Shown here in pieces: positions 1 to 11,600 of a stretch of DNA of 64,000 nt. The notes under the pieces are model-generated. The model was not told the origin of the DNA and made no database searches. It saw only the letters and a list, made by a program, of their open reading frames with translations. This DNA is from Candidatus Micrarchaeota archaeon (lineage in GTDB: Archaea > Micrarchaeota > Micrarchaeia > Anstonellales > Bilamarchaeaceae), in the NCBI GenBank assembly GCA_043816005.1, contig JBDRIM010000064.1, positions 1 to 64,000 of the forward strand, read 5' to 3'. Position 1 is the first letter of the stretch. Each line of letters begins with the position of its first letter. Made by a program: the position numbers and the translations under genes.

Positions 1-1291
1 AGTTAAAAAAATAGAAGAAAAAAAACCAGAAGTAAAAAAAGTAGAGCATAAATTAGAAGAAAAACAGGTAGTTAAAAAAACAGAAACTAAAAAAGAACTA
101 ATTTTAGAAAAACCAGAAGTAATTGAACAGAAAGTTAAAGAAAAAATATCAGAAATAGAACACGTACCTAAAACAGAGCATAAAATAGGAAAAAAACCAG
201 AAGTAAAAAAAGTAGAGAAAAAACCAGAAATCAAGAAAGAAGAAGTAATAATAGAAAAAAAACCAGAAATTACAGTTCAGAAAAAAATACCAATAATCGA
301 AACAAAACCAATTGAACCGGAAATTGAAAAAAATGAACCAAAAAAAATCGAACAAATTCGCCAAACACCAAAAATCGAGCAGCCACAAAAAGAAAAAGAA
401 CGAATCAAACTTGGAATACTAAGTACAGTAAAAAGCATAATTTCACGAGATATTGAAATTAGTGAAAATGACGTTAAACAAATGCTTGATGATTTTGAAC
501 TTGAATTGCTTGAGGCTGATGTTGAGCTCGGAGTTGCAGAAAGCATAAGATTAGAGCTCAGTGAAAAAATAGTCGGTGCGAAAGTTCCGAAAGGCAAACT
601 CCAATCATTTGTAAGCGGATCAATAAAGGATGTGCTTGTTGGTATCTTAACAAATGAAAAAACATTTGATATGATAGAAAAAGTAGAAAATTTAGATAAA
701 CCAGTAAAAATAATGCTAATTGGAATTAATGGTGCTGGAAAAACAACAACAATTGCAAAAATTGCTAGGCTATTGATGGATAACAAAAAGAAAGTAGTAT
801 TTGCTGCTGCAGATACATTTAGAGCAGCTGCAATTGAACAAATGGGAATTCATGCTGAAAGATTAGGAGTAAAAATGATAAAGAGAGACTATGGTAGTGA
901 TCCTACTTCAGTTGCTTACGATGCGGTGAACTATGCAAAAGCTCATGCAATAGACGTTGTTTTGATTGACACTGCTGGAAGACAAGATACAAATATCAGC
1001 CTCATAAATGAAGTTAAAAAAATGAGTAGGATTATTCAACCAGATTTGAAAATTTACATCGGTGAAAGCATTGCAGGCAATGCGATAATCGAACAGATTT
1101 CTACTTTTAATAAGGAAATAGGAATAGATGCAGTTATATTAACGAAATTAGATTGTGATCCAAAAGGCGGAACAATGCTCTCTATAAACAAGGCAACTGG
1201 GATCCCAATAATTTATGTTGGCATTGGACAGAAGTATGAAGATCTTGAAAAATTTGAACCTGAAAAAATTGTTGATAATATAATTGGCTAA
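1..1291 (+). CDS. ftsY: SRP receptor GTPase FtsY, 5'-partial, with long K/E/P-rich N-terminal extension
   Basis: Motifs GINGAGKTTT, DTFRAAA, DTAGR, TKLD and GIGQ of the NG domain. The frame of 482..1291 stays open back to base 2 (VKKIEEKKPEVKKVEHK...), so the true start lies upstream of the window. Confidence 0.95.
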   Translation, partial: VKKIEEKKPEVKKVEHKLEEKQVVKKTETKKELILEKPEVIEQKVKEKISEIEHVPKTEHKIGKKPEVKKVEKKPEIKKEEVIIEKKPEITVQKKIPIIETKPIEPEIEKNEPKKIEQIRQTPKIEQPQKEKERIKLGILSTVKSIISRDIEISENDVKQMLDDFELELLEADVELGVAESIRLELSEKIVGAKVPKGKLQSFVSGSIKDVLVGILTNEKTFDMIEKVENLDKPVKIMLIGINGAGKTTTIAKIARLLMDNKKKVVFAAADTFRAAAIEQMGIHAERLGVKMIKRDYGSDPTSVAYDAVNYAKAHAIDVVLIDTAGRQDTNISLINEVKKMSRIIQPDLKIYIGESIAGNAIIEQISTFNKEIGIDAVILTKLDCDPKGGTMLSINKATGIPIIYVGIGQKYEDLEKFEPEKIVDNIIG

Positions 1292-1394
1292 TTTTCATTA
1301 AAAACAATAAAAATACAAAACCACGAAATGATACTTTTAAAAACAGTAATAGACATAAAACAATATAGAAAAACACTTAGAGGCTGGTGAAATT

Positions 1395-4300
1395 ATGGCT
1401 GGTGTAGTTGGAAGAATGGCATATGGTGCATGGAGTCGTGTTCCTTTTACTACTGCGAGAAGACAGAGAAGAGTACATGAAGAAGTAGAAAGAACAGAAG
1501 CATTGGAAAGAGCAAGACAAAGAGCAGGCCAACCAGATCAAAGAACTGTAAGTGGAGATCATACTTCAACTTTTAATAAAGCATTCATAGATGCAATTCG
1601 CAGAGGACAAAGTAGAACAGAAGTAGCTGGAACGCCAGATATGCTTATTAGAGAAGTTATTTGCAATCCTCGATTTATACGTGCAATAAGGAATACTACA
1701 GTACCATCACCATTAGAAGAGCATGACAGCACATACGCATATCAATCAGCTGAACGAAGAGCTGTACTTGCAGGACAACTTGAAGCAGCAACAGTAAACC
1801 GAAGAAATGTTGTTCCAAATCTCTCAGCACAAGATTTAGATATTATATATTCATTAATGATCAGAAGACCAGACGTATGGACAGAGTTGCCACATGATGA
1901 ACCAAGACCACCAGAAGTTTTTATGCAGTTTTTAGAAGCAGTAGCACAAAGGCAAAGTGCTGGTAAAGAAGGAGAATTCATTGGAATGGTGTTGAAAGAC
2001 CTTTCAACTAAAAGAACATTCACAGATTCAAAAGAAAGACCAAATGGAACAATAATGGATCCTGATTATGCATCAACTTATTTGTATAGACAATCAGCAG
2101 AATTACTTGAACACGCAGTCACTGAGTTTGGTCGATTGGTTAGGGAAGTTTTAGAAACACCGACAGATGCACAAGAAAGAACAGTTGGAGTACCTGGATT
2201 AGGATATGCGCAGGCATATGGCAATGCATCTTATGAAAGAGAACAACGAGTTCGGGATTTGGAGCAAGCTGTATATGACATAAATGGAGAGAGAAGACCA
2301 TTACGTAGTAGAATAATGGCTGCGGAAGAAAGAATAGAAGAATATGTAAGGGACGCTCATGGTGCAGTAAGAACTGCACAGCAAGAAGAACAAGGCGTGC
2401 TTGCAGATGTGAATAGTACAGATGCTGCTAAAGCTGAAGCAACACGGAATAGAACGCAAGCAGAAAGAACATTCGAATCACTTAGAAATCAAGTACAAGA
2501 TCAGGAATATGCTCATGATGATATTATAAGAGAACAATTGGGAATAATTAGAGGAGCAAGAGAAGAAATAACCAGACTTGATTCTGATTTGCAGGCAGCC
2601 CAAAGAGAATTGCATGAAGCAACGGAAAGTTTGAGACGATTTAGTGCTGAAGCAGGCGTTGATGCAGTTGCAAGGCAAGTAACAGATCATTTCAGAACAC
2701 TACTTATAGAAAATAGAGAAACTGGAGCGGATGCACTAGGAGTTGCAGATAGAATTGCACAACGTCTTCCTAATGTTATGGTAACAAGACTTCTTGACCG
2801 TGCCAATGAACTTCTTGGTGAAAAAGAAGCTCTAGCACAACATTTACGGCAGCCAGAACCACAGCCAGTTCCTGTTGGTCAAGTAGCACAACCAGCACCA
2901 GCACGACCAGATTATCAAACTCTTTTACAGCCACGAATAGGTGAATATACTGCAAGAGTAGATAGATTAGAAAGAGAGATTGCTGATGCACAGCTACCAC
3001 AACCAACAACTCGAAGATTACAAATGGTTACAGCTGCACTTAGAGATTGGGAAATTAGAAGGGATTTTGTTGAAGCACAGATAACTGATACAAGAAACAA
3101 CAATGCACTGCCATTAAGACAGGTAGCATTACGCGTTGTAGAAAGAATGAATCAAAGAGGTTATGAGAATATTGTTGGAATTTCAGATGCACAAAGATTA
3201 ATTGCATTACAGATTTGGGAAGCAACTTCTGAAATAGAACCATCTGCAACACGAGGAGAAAGCTGGTGGGCAAAAACAAAACACAAAATGGCCTACCATA
3301 TATTAAGTGGACGTGGATGGAGACAAAAAGGAAATAGATTATGGCAACATAGTCTTGGAAGCGATCTGGATTATTTAACGCATAATCCACGCGGACGAGT
3401 TATGGGTAGAGACTTAACTGACCAAGGCCAAGGCGGGTATTACCAGACAGTATGGCCACGATGGTTACGTGGTACTTTGGGTTTGGCTACAAAAGGTGTT
3501 ATTGGTACTGCCCTTGTTGGTGGTATGGTTGGTCTTCCTGAAACAACATGGTACAAACCATGGACATGGATGGCTGCTAATGCACATGTTGAAAGTAATG
3601 ATTGGTATAGACCATGGACCTGGTTGATGCCATTAGAAGGAGAGAAAAAAGTAGTGAGAATAATACACGATCATTATGATATTCCAGAACGATTGACAAC
3701 CCGAGGTTCTGCTTATTACAGAGAAGCATACGGTGTTGGCGCATGGAGATTGGGGGAAGAAAAAGATGATATTGGAGCAACTGCCAGACTTGCATGGATC
3801 CAAACACGCCAACCAGTTCTTGTATTCATGCAGGAACGCAAAACTATGAGAGTAGTTACAAAAGTAGAGAAACTTAGTAACGGTCTTCAAACATGTGGCA
3901 CAAGTGTTACAGCTGTACCAAAATCATGCAATGATCTTGGTTTGAAAACAGTTGAAGATGTTGAGGCATATCGCCCAGTTGAAGCAGATAAATGGAAACC
4001 AGGTATGCAAATTTGCTGTACTGTGAAAATGGAATTTAATACAATAAGAGATGGCCTAAGATTAAACACAAACAAATCAGATGAGTTTGTAGCTGAACTT
4101 ATGGCAGAAGAGGGAAGAGGAACGGAAATTACTTATGAATACTTAAACAATCCATCAAATCGAATGAAATGGGTACAAGCAGGATATCTTGTAAGTGAAT
4201 TAGAATCTATGGTGATGGACACGCACAAGATAACAAACTTATCAAATGTCCAATTCTTACTTTCTCAAGGTACAAACTTGTCAGGACTACGTGCTGCAAT

Positions 4301-5180
4301 GAGTGAAGTTGGTGATGCAGAATACCAAGTTAGAGAAGCAGATAGGGATGACTTCTTAACTGATGTTAGGAGAAACATATCTAGGATTGCTTCTGGAATG
4401 GTACCACCAATGACAATTGATCCTACAGTTGAAAATGTCCCTGCAGAAATTTTAGACAGAGCAGTTGACATTACAGTAGAACAAGGAAAATCTGCTGGGT
4501 CAGTAATTGATACACATGTTGAATTCGAACGTAAAACAGTTCAAAAAGAACTTGGAGGGTATACTCTTGATCAAGAAGCACTTGACATCTGTGTTGTGCA
4601 GACAGACATAAGAGAATTCCTCAAAGAATTTACAAAAGCAGGGGTAGCTTATAGACTCAATGTTGAAAGAGCAGGTGATTTTGTCAGAATACTTGCACAA
4701 AGCAAAAGTGACGGTGTTGACATAACAGACTTTGGTCCTGGTGGATCACGATTGAACTGGGCAATGGCAACAGGTTTGATTACACAAGTTGGTTCAGGAA
4801 TAGAACAAACTACAACAGAAACCATGACTCTTAATCCAGAAGGCCATACTTTTTATGAAAAAAACATTGGTTTTGATAGAAAACTTGATGGAATAATAAC
4901 AGATGCTCTTGCTGAAACAGGTGCAAATGGGGTTAGGATTAGAGATGTTCTTGCAACTAAATTTGAAGGTAACGAAGATAAACTCAGAGAAGCAATTAAA
5001 GCAGACTGGTATGGTGAAATAGCAGCAACAACAACCAATCCAACCAAGAAAGGCGTTCTAGAAGGAAATGGAGTTATAATAACACCAGAAGAGGATGGAA
5101 GTCTGACGGTAAGTTTGGATGGTAAAAAAGCAACTGACACACTAAGAAGTAGAGTGGTTGTATTTGCAAGACAAAAATAA
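1395..5180 (+). CDS. Large orphan protein (1261 aa): coiled-coil-like N-half, one hydrophobic segment, tandem WYxPWTW motifs
   Basis: Long ORF with GGTGA RBS upstream and a T-rich terminator-like tract after it. R/E/A-rich heptads, then GVIGTALVGGMVGL followed by WYKPWTW and WYRPWTW. No family recognised. Confidence 0.85.
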   Translation: MAGVVGRMAYGAWSRVPFTTARRQRRVHEEVERTEALERARQRAGQPDQRTVSGDHTSTFNKAFIDAIRRGQSRTEVAGTPDMLIREVICNPRFIRAIRNTTVPSPLEEHDSTYAYQSAERRAVLAGQLEAATVNRRNVVPNLSAQDLDIIYSLMIRRPDVWTELPHDEPRPPEVFMQFLEAVAQRQSAGKEGEFIGMVLKDLSTKRTFTDSKERPNGTIMDPDYASTYLYRQSAELLEHAVTEFGRLVREVLETPTDAQERTVGVPGLGYAQAYGNASYEREQRVRDLEQAVYDINGERRPLRSRIMAAEERIEEYVRDAHGAVRTAQQEEQGVLADVNSTDAAKAEATRNRTQAERTFESLRNQVQDQEYAHDDIIREQLGIIRGAREEITRLDSDLQAAQRELHEATESLRRFSAEAGVDAVARQVTDHFRTLLIENRETGADALGVADRIAQRLPNVMVTRLLDRANELLGEKEALAQHLRQPEPQPVPVGQVAQPAPARPDYQTLLQPRIGEYTARVDRLEREIADAQLPQPTTRRLQMVTAALRDWEIRRDFVEAQITDTRNNNALPLRQVALRVVERMNQRGYENIVGISDAQRLIALQIWEATSEIEPSATRGESWWAKTKHKMAYHILSGRGWRQKGNRLWQHSLGSDLDYLTHNPRGRVMGRDLTDQGQGGYYQTVWPRWLRGTLGLATKGVIGTALVGGMVGLPETTWYKPWTWMAANAHVESNDWYRPWTWLMPLEGEKKVVRIIHDHYDIPERLTTRGSAYYREAYGVGAWRLGEEKDDIGATARLAWIQTRQPVLVFMQERKTMRVVTKVEKLSNGLQTCGTSVTAVPKSCNDLGLKTVEDVEAYRPVEADKWKPGMQICCTVKMEFNTIRDGLRLNTNKSDEFVAELMAEEGRGTEITYEYLNNPSNRMKWVQAGYLVSELESMVMDTHKITNLSNVQFLLSQGTNLSGLRAAMSEVGDAEYQVREADRDDFLTDVRRNISRIASGMVPPMTIDPTVENVPAEILDRAVDITVEQGKSAGSVIDTHVEFERKTVQKELGGYTLDQEALDICVVQTDIREFLKEFTKAGVAYRLNVERAGDFVRILAQSKSDGVDITDFGPGGSRLNWAMATGLITQVGSGIEQTTTETMTLNPEGHTFYEKNIGFDRKLDGIITDALAETGANGVRIRDVLATKFEGNEDKLREAIKADWYGEIAATTTNPTKKGVLEGNGVIITPEEDGSLTVSLDGKKATDTLRSRVVVFARQK

Positions 5181-5230
5181 TTTTTTAATTTTTATTTTTG
5201 AATTTTTCATTTAATTTTAATTCTATTTAA
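5181..5230 (+). terminator. Oligo-T archaeal terminator-like tract
   Basis: ttttttaattttttatttttgaatttttc-type T runs directly after the stop codon at 5180. Confidence 0.55.
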
Positions 5231-5317
5231 ATTACTCTAATAGAATAGTAGTTTATCCTCTCTGTTCTTATCGGCATATTTATAAATCACCTACGGCATA
5301 ATTTTATTGCGGGTGCG

Positions 5318-5644
5318 ATGAATATGGCGAAGAAAAAAAATGCCATTAAGGCTAGACCAACTAAGATAAGTAAGATCCCTGTTAGAACAGACATTGCTTC
5401 AATTGAAGCAGAAACAATAAAACGCGTTGGAAAAACGTTATCTACTCTTGAAATTTTTCTGTCGAAATGGGATGCATCAGAAACAAAACCTGACGGGATG
5501 TTCCCACAAGTTGTAAAAATAAAAAAATTTTACCACGCACTCACATCCTGGCAAAAAGAAGTAGCAGGATCAAAGAATGCTAATGACGAAACACGTACAA
5601 AAAGATTGCAAGATTTCGTATTCATTTGTAAAAATTATTCCTAA
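5318..5644 (+). CDS. Small basic hypothetical protein (108 aa), first gene of the giant-gene run
   Basis: ORF preceded by TATA-like TTTATAAA (~5279-5287) and GGGTG. The next gene starts 9 nt after its stop. Confidence 0.7.
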   Translation: MNMAKKKNAIKARPTKISKIPVRTDIASIEAETIKRVGKTLSTLEIFLSKWDASETKPDGMFPQVVKIKKFYHALTSWQKEVAGSKNANDETRTKRLQDFVFICKNYS

Positions 5645-5653
5645 GGTGTTAAT

Positions 5654-8600
5654 ATGGCTGAGAGACAAACTGAAGGTAGGAAACCATTGGCATTAGTACC
5701 ACGCATTAAGGTTAATCCAGTAGAACTTAAAAGATTGGAAAGTACATTACGAGAAGCAAGACAGGCAATTGTTGCACTTCGTGAATATTCTGAACGGATG
5801 CGTACAGGACCTGCACCACAATTGACTGAACATGCAGATAGATTACTAAAGTTATTAGAATCAATGAAACTTACCTCTGTACCAATTTTCCAAGAAAGAT
5901 TTGAAAACGAAGTGAACGCAATAAGGCAGAGTATAGAATTAGCAAAAACTATACGACCAGATAAAGCAACTGCAATGCTAGCTGCAGCTGAAGAACAAAT
6001 TATGATGCTTGGAAGTGTATTTGAACTCCAAGTTAAAATGATAAGCGGTGGATTGCCAAGAACATATCAACTGGGCAACAGAACTCAGACTGAGACATTT
6101 GCAATTGTACAGGATGCATCCGAAGGTGCAGTACTTGCACTTGGAACCAAACATGACAAACTAGCAAGAAAAGTTTTAAGAGGATTTAAGCTACTTGCTG
6201 AAAATTATGACGGTTATGTTTTTGAGGACCAGAATACCATTGCTGAATATAGAAATTTGACTCAATTTATTCATGAAAGGCATGTACAAATGAAATCGCA
6301 ACAACCATATACTCCACAACAAGAAAAAGCAGATGATCTTGCTTTGGGAAACTTTGAAACGAATTTAGTTGAGATAAAAGCGCAACTAAGGGAAAATGGA
6401 ATTGCATTCTTAGGTAATTTAGCTAATGCAATACCTGCTATACAAGCAGCAGAAGCACTAGGAATTGTTGCAACAGATAGGTATTATCGATTACGTGATG
6501 ACGCAGAACGAGTTATGACTAGGATGAAGGGTGGGGGAGAACTTGCAACTTATGATGAAATGAGCAGAATAATAACTGGATATTTTGCTTTAACCGGAAG
6601 AGTTGATGAAAGTAATCTTGAGATTTTAAGAGAGGATGCAAAAGCATTATTAGGAAAAGAAGTAGTACGATGGGCAAAAGGAAAATTAGGTAGGATAAAA
6701 GATGATACACCAGAATGGTTTGGTCTTCGAGCAATGCAAGCAATTGAAAGTGGTAATAGTAGATTGGCTGCATTAGCAATATTAGTTGGAAAACTGGATG
6801 TGCAGTCGCTTGATCAATTAAATCGCTACCTGCCATCTTACTTGGAAATAAGAAGTGTTATCAGAAACGGAGAAATAATAACCCCAAGCATGCAAGCCAG
6901 ATTCTATGGAGAACTAGAGTATGCAAGGATAAGAGTAGAGACAGAACAATTAATTAGTAAAGCAGGAAAAGGAGAGAAATGGGGGAGAATAACGGCTGCT
7001 GCTGCAACAGTATTACAAAGATTACGAGAGGGCAAAATAAGAGAGGCAACGCAACTGCTTACTATGGCAGGAACATACCTAAACATATTAAGAACAAACA
7101 AATGGAAATCATGGCCTGGCTCCAAGGACATGGAAGAAGCTATAGATAGTGAAATAGCTGGAATGGATGCGCAAGAAAAATTTGATAGAAGTCTAGTTTA
7201 TCATCAGTTCAAACTTGATTCTGAGAGATTTAGCTCTGCATGGTCTGCGTGGGGTTCGGGAATGATCGTGCAAAGAAGAATTATTCGAAATGCATTAAAT
7301 CATGCAGAAGAACTTGCAAAACAAGGAAAAGGACAGGAAGCCAGTAGAGTTCTTACTTTACTTGTATTTTATACTGATGCAGTAATAACAATCTCAACAA
7401 AAAGAGCAGGCCAAGTTTATTCAGTAAGTGTCAAGGATAACGGATTGTTACGCGGGATGGAAAGAACATTGGGTGCCATAGCAAAAGGTGAACAACAACT
7501 AGATGGAGTTGATGTAGCAGTCATATTCATGCAAAGTTTTAATGATACAAAAAGCACCCACATAAAACGAGAAGCAGCAAGGTTGGAAGCACTTGCAACA
7601 GCAAGACCAGTTGGAAGAGAAGCAGTATTGGAAGCTATCAATGCAGCAAAAGCAAGAGCAGTAAAAAAAGATTTCGATGGTGCAGCAATGCTGTTAATCT
7701 TGGCAGGTGATTTTTACGGTAGTGAAATTCATGCAGTACCCGCAGAAGGAAATCCGGCAGTAAAAGCAGAGAAAGAAGGATGGCTATATGCAATGTATGC
7801 AAAAGGTAATATTTCAGGCACAGTACTTGGCAGACAAAAAATGCTTGAAGCTTTAAGACTTGCAATTACCGCAAAAACACCAGCTCAATATAACACTATA
7901 GTTGAACAGTTTAGAGAAGGAATGGACATTATTGGTAGAAGTGATGGTCTTACACGCCAATATCACGGAATATTAGCTAAATATCGTGGCGAGATACCAT
8001 TCCATAAAGACGATCCAAAAGGAAAGGTTTCTGTTGGTGACAAAGTTTACGTAGAACTTGCTGCGTTGAAAAGATATGATGAAGAACAAGCAGCAAATCC
8101 AACAGATCCACTTTTACAAGATGCTGGAAGACCATTGAGTGAAATTCTCAGAGATATTGAACGGGCTGCAGTAAAAGGAGATATTGGGGCTTATGAAACA
8201 GCTATTGATGCATTCAATGGAAGATTCAGCAGAGTTGCAGTAGCAACAGCAAAAGCAACAGCAAAAACACAGATGTATGATGGAATTGTTAGGTCATTAG
8301 GTGAGGTACATAGAGTACTACCAACGATTTACGGAATGTATGACGAATTACCAAAACTTGATGAGGATACAGAAAGAGATGTTAAAGGATATAAGTGGAG
8401 CGGAACAGTAGTACAACGTGAAGAGTGGAGAAAAGTCGACAGGATGAGTGAGACTTATTATGAACCAATAGATCTTCCGCCACAGGCTGAAAGAAGATTA
8501 GGGAGATTAGAAGGAAAACGACAAGAATTATTGAAGCAAATAGAACTTGCACGAAAAGGAACAGGAGACGAAGTAAAAATTCATGAAAGTTATAGAGCAT

Positions 8601-11600
8601 TTATGGCTGAATTTGGTAAAGAGGAAAGACTTGCTAATGCTTATGCAGAAATTAATGGCCAAGTAAAACTCAATCAACAATATCGTCAGATGGCTGCACA
8701 AACTTCAGGATGGGTTGATAGTTGGTTAGAAGGTGCAACATATGAAACATGCAGACTTCTTGAGCAAGGTACTACAGACCTTGAATTAGCAAGATCAGCG
8801 ATACTGGCAGGAGAGATGGATAGAGCGCAAGCATACTATAAGACGGGAATTCAACGCAGAGTAGATGCGATGAAAAGATATGGTATGGAAGATTATCCAT
8901 ATGTTCAAGCTGGTAGTGAAGGATTTGGAATGACGCCTTTGGAAGAGATGGTATATAAAACTAGAAAAGCAGCATTAGCAGACAAGAATACCCAATATGC
9001 GCAATATCTTCAATTGCATATGGATGCATTATTTGAAATTATGTTTGGAGACGAAGGATCAAAAAGAACAGATAGATTGAAAACTCAACGAGGACTCCTT
9101 AACGGAGCAAGACTTATAGAAATATCCATGTTTGGTATTCCAGGCCGAAATATATCCCAGCAAAATATAGATTATGTGAGTATGCAATATGAACTACGTA
9201 CGAATGTTTTGAACGCAGCTGGCGCATTCCGAGTTGGGAACCATGAAGAAGGAAATAGACTATTGAAAGAGATGGAAGCGAGATATTCTAATGCACAAAA
9301 AATTGCAGAGATAATGGGTTTTATTGGAAACGCAGCATACACAGTTGCAGCACTTGGTGTTACGCTTGTCCAGCCAGAGATAGGAGTACCAATGATACTA
9401 GCTCAACAACTAGACCATGCTTATGTTGAATATCGAGTAGAAGGTAAAGTTTCAGCAACATCAGTTGCAATGATTGGACTGACAGTAGTAACTTTTGGAA
9501 TGGGTGAAGTAGCTGCAGTTCTTAGAACAGGATCAGAATTCTGGGCAATTACTGCAACTGCAAGAACACTTGCTGCATCAAGAACATTGACATTTGCTAA
9601 CTTAGGGGTTGGTGTAGGAATGACTGGGTATATGGGTTACGAATCTTACCATGCATTCCAAAGAGGAGACATAAAGAATGGTATATTTACCGCCGGTATG
9701 GCACTTTTCCCATGGCTACATATGGCAGGAACAGGTGGATATGCAGCAATGCGGGCAAGAAGTACAGCAAGATCTGATGCAGTTGCAAGGGAACTTGTAC
9801 CAGAAACTTTAAGACCAACTACAGAAATTTCACCAACCGAAGTTCCTAGTTCACCAAAAATGACCGAGATAAGAAGCCCAACAAAATTATTGGAATTCTT
9901 AAGAAGTTACAACGCAGCCGATGTTGTTGGAAGAGAAAGATTACTTGCAGAATTACCAGAAAGTGTTCACGGGACAATAAAAGCGCTTGTCGAGAGTTCG
10001 GCTATTCAAAGTCAATTGAAAGGAGATCCTACTGTTATAGATATGAATGCAGGACGTGAATTAACAAATGCAATAAAATTATTTGCTGAAAAACCAGCTC
10101 CACTAACACCAGGTGGAGGACCAAGAGGAACATTAACTGAAACTGAAGCATCTGGATGGACAGTAAGAAGAGAAAGTTTAAGAGAATTTTTAGGAGACTT
10201 ACTTTCTCCACAGGAACAAGTTGCTGGGAATGCACATTCAAGATTGGCACGTATGAGAAATGAAAATCCTGAAATTGCAAAGGTTGTAGATGACCTTCTT
10301 GGAAATCCATCAGTAGTTGAAGATGTAGTATCAGGAAATAGAACTCCTTTTAGTGAAAGAGGATTTAAAACAGCACAAGAAAGATTGGGCGGATTGATAC
10401 CTGATGAAATTTTAGCCCAAGAACAACAAGCAGTAGCACAATATGAAGTTCAAGCAGCAGTTGGTTATGAAGGACCATTGATGATGGAAAGACCAGGGCA
10501 GCCAGGTGTAAGACAGCCAGGTGAAATTGGCGGAACAGCAAGACCAATTGAAGGAATACAAAGAGGACAAATAAGGAATATGGCAGACCAACCAGGTGGA
10601 AGACCGCCAACTCAACAACCTACTGACGCACCAGTAGGGGACACTGCTGGACCAGTACAACCACAAGGAATTAAAGAGGTTGCAGGTAGAGTAGGTCGAG
10701 GGGTTAAAGAGAGGGTAATAGGTAGAGAACCAACAGGACTAACCCGGGAAGAAATTGCAGCACCAAAAGATTATGCAGAAGCAGGTGCTGAAGGATTGGA
10801 AGCGCTATGCGGTAGAATAGATACAATAAGAGGACGCAGAACTCTGATGGAAGATGCACCAGGACAAGAAGCAGCAATAGAAGCTGCGCCAAAACACGTG
10901 GCAAATCTTTTAAAAGTTCTTTATGAACGTGCAACAAACAGAGGCATTGGAACAGAATTGCAGAATCATGCAAAAGATGTTATGGCAAAGATATATTCAA
11001 AAGGAAGAGTAAGACAAGCACTTGATGAGCTGGCAGGAAGTGACCCAGTACTAAGAAAGGCATTGGATCAAACACGAGATGCACTTACAGCAAGAGCAGC
11101 AAAAGAAGGTAGATCACCAGAGACATTTATTGACAGATATGGATCGGGTGAACCAGGAAAATTTAAACAAGAAGACATAACAGTAATAGTTGAGATATTA
11201 GAAACCCCAGGACTAACAGAAGTTGCTAATGCTCAAACAAGAATCGGTGGGTTAGGAAGAGAACTTACAAAAGTAGATAGTGGACTTCAGAATGGTAGAG
11301 AAGCATTAGCAAAAGCAGATGGAAAAGTTAGAAGCCAGGTTGTTAAAGAAGCAAGAGATGCAATAGCAGAAGCAAGAAAAAATGTAGACCCAGAGGATAT
11401 TACAACTATTGAGAGATTAGATCGACTATCTGAATTAGTAGAAGACATAGCTCGGGTAGATTTCAGAAGTACGGAACCAGTAAGATTAACTGAAAGTGCA
11501 AGTAGAGTAAATGACGCGTTTAAGTTTATTGAATCAGAAGCTGAAATACTGGGAGTAAATACAAAAGGAATGCAAAGAGCAAGAACTGCTTGGGAAAAAG

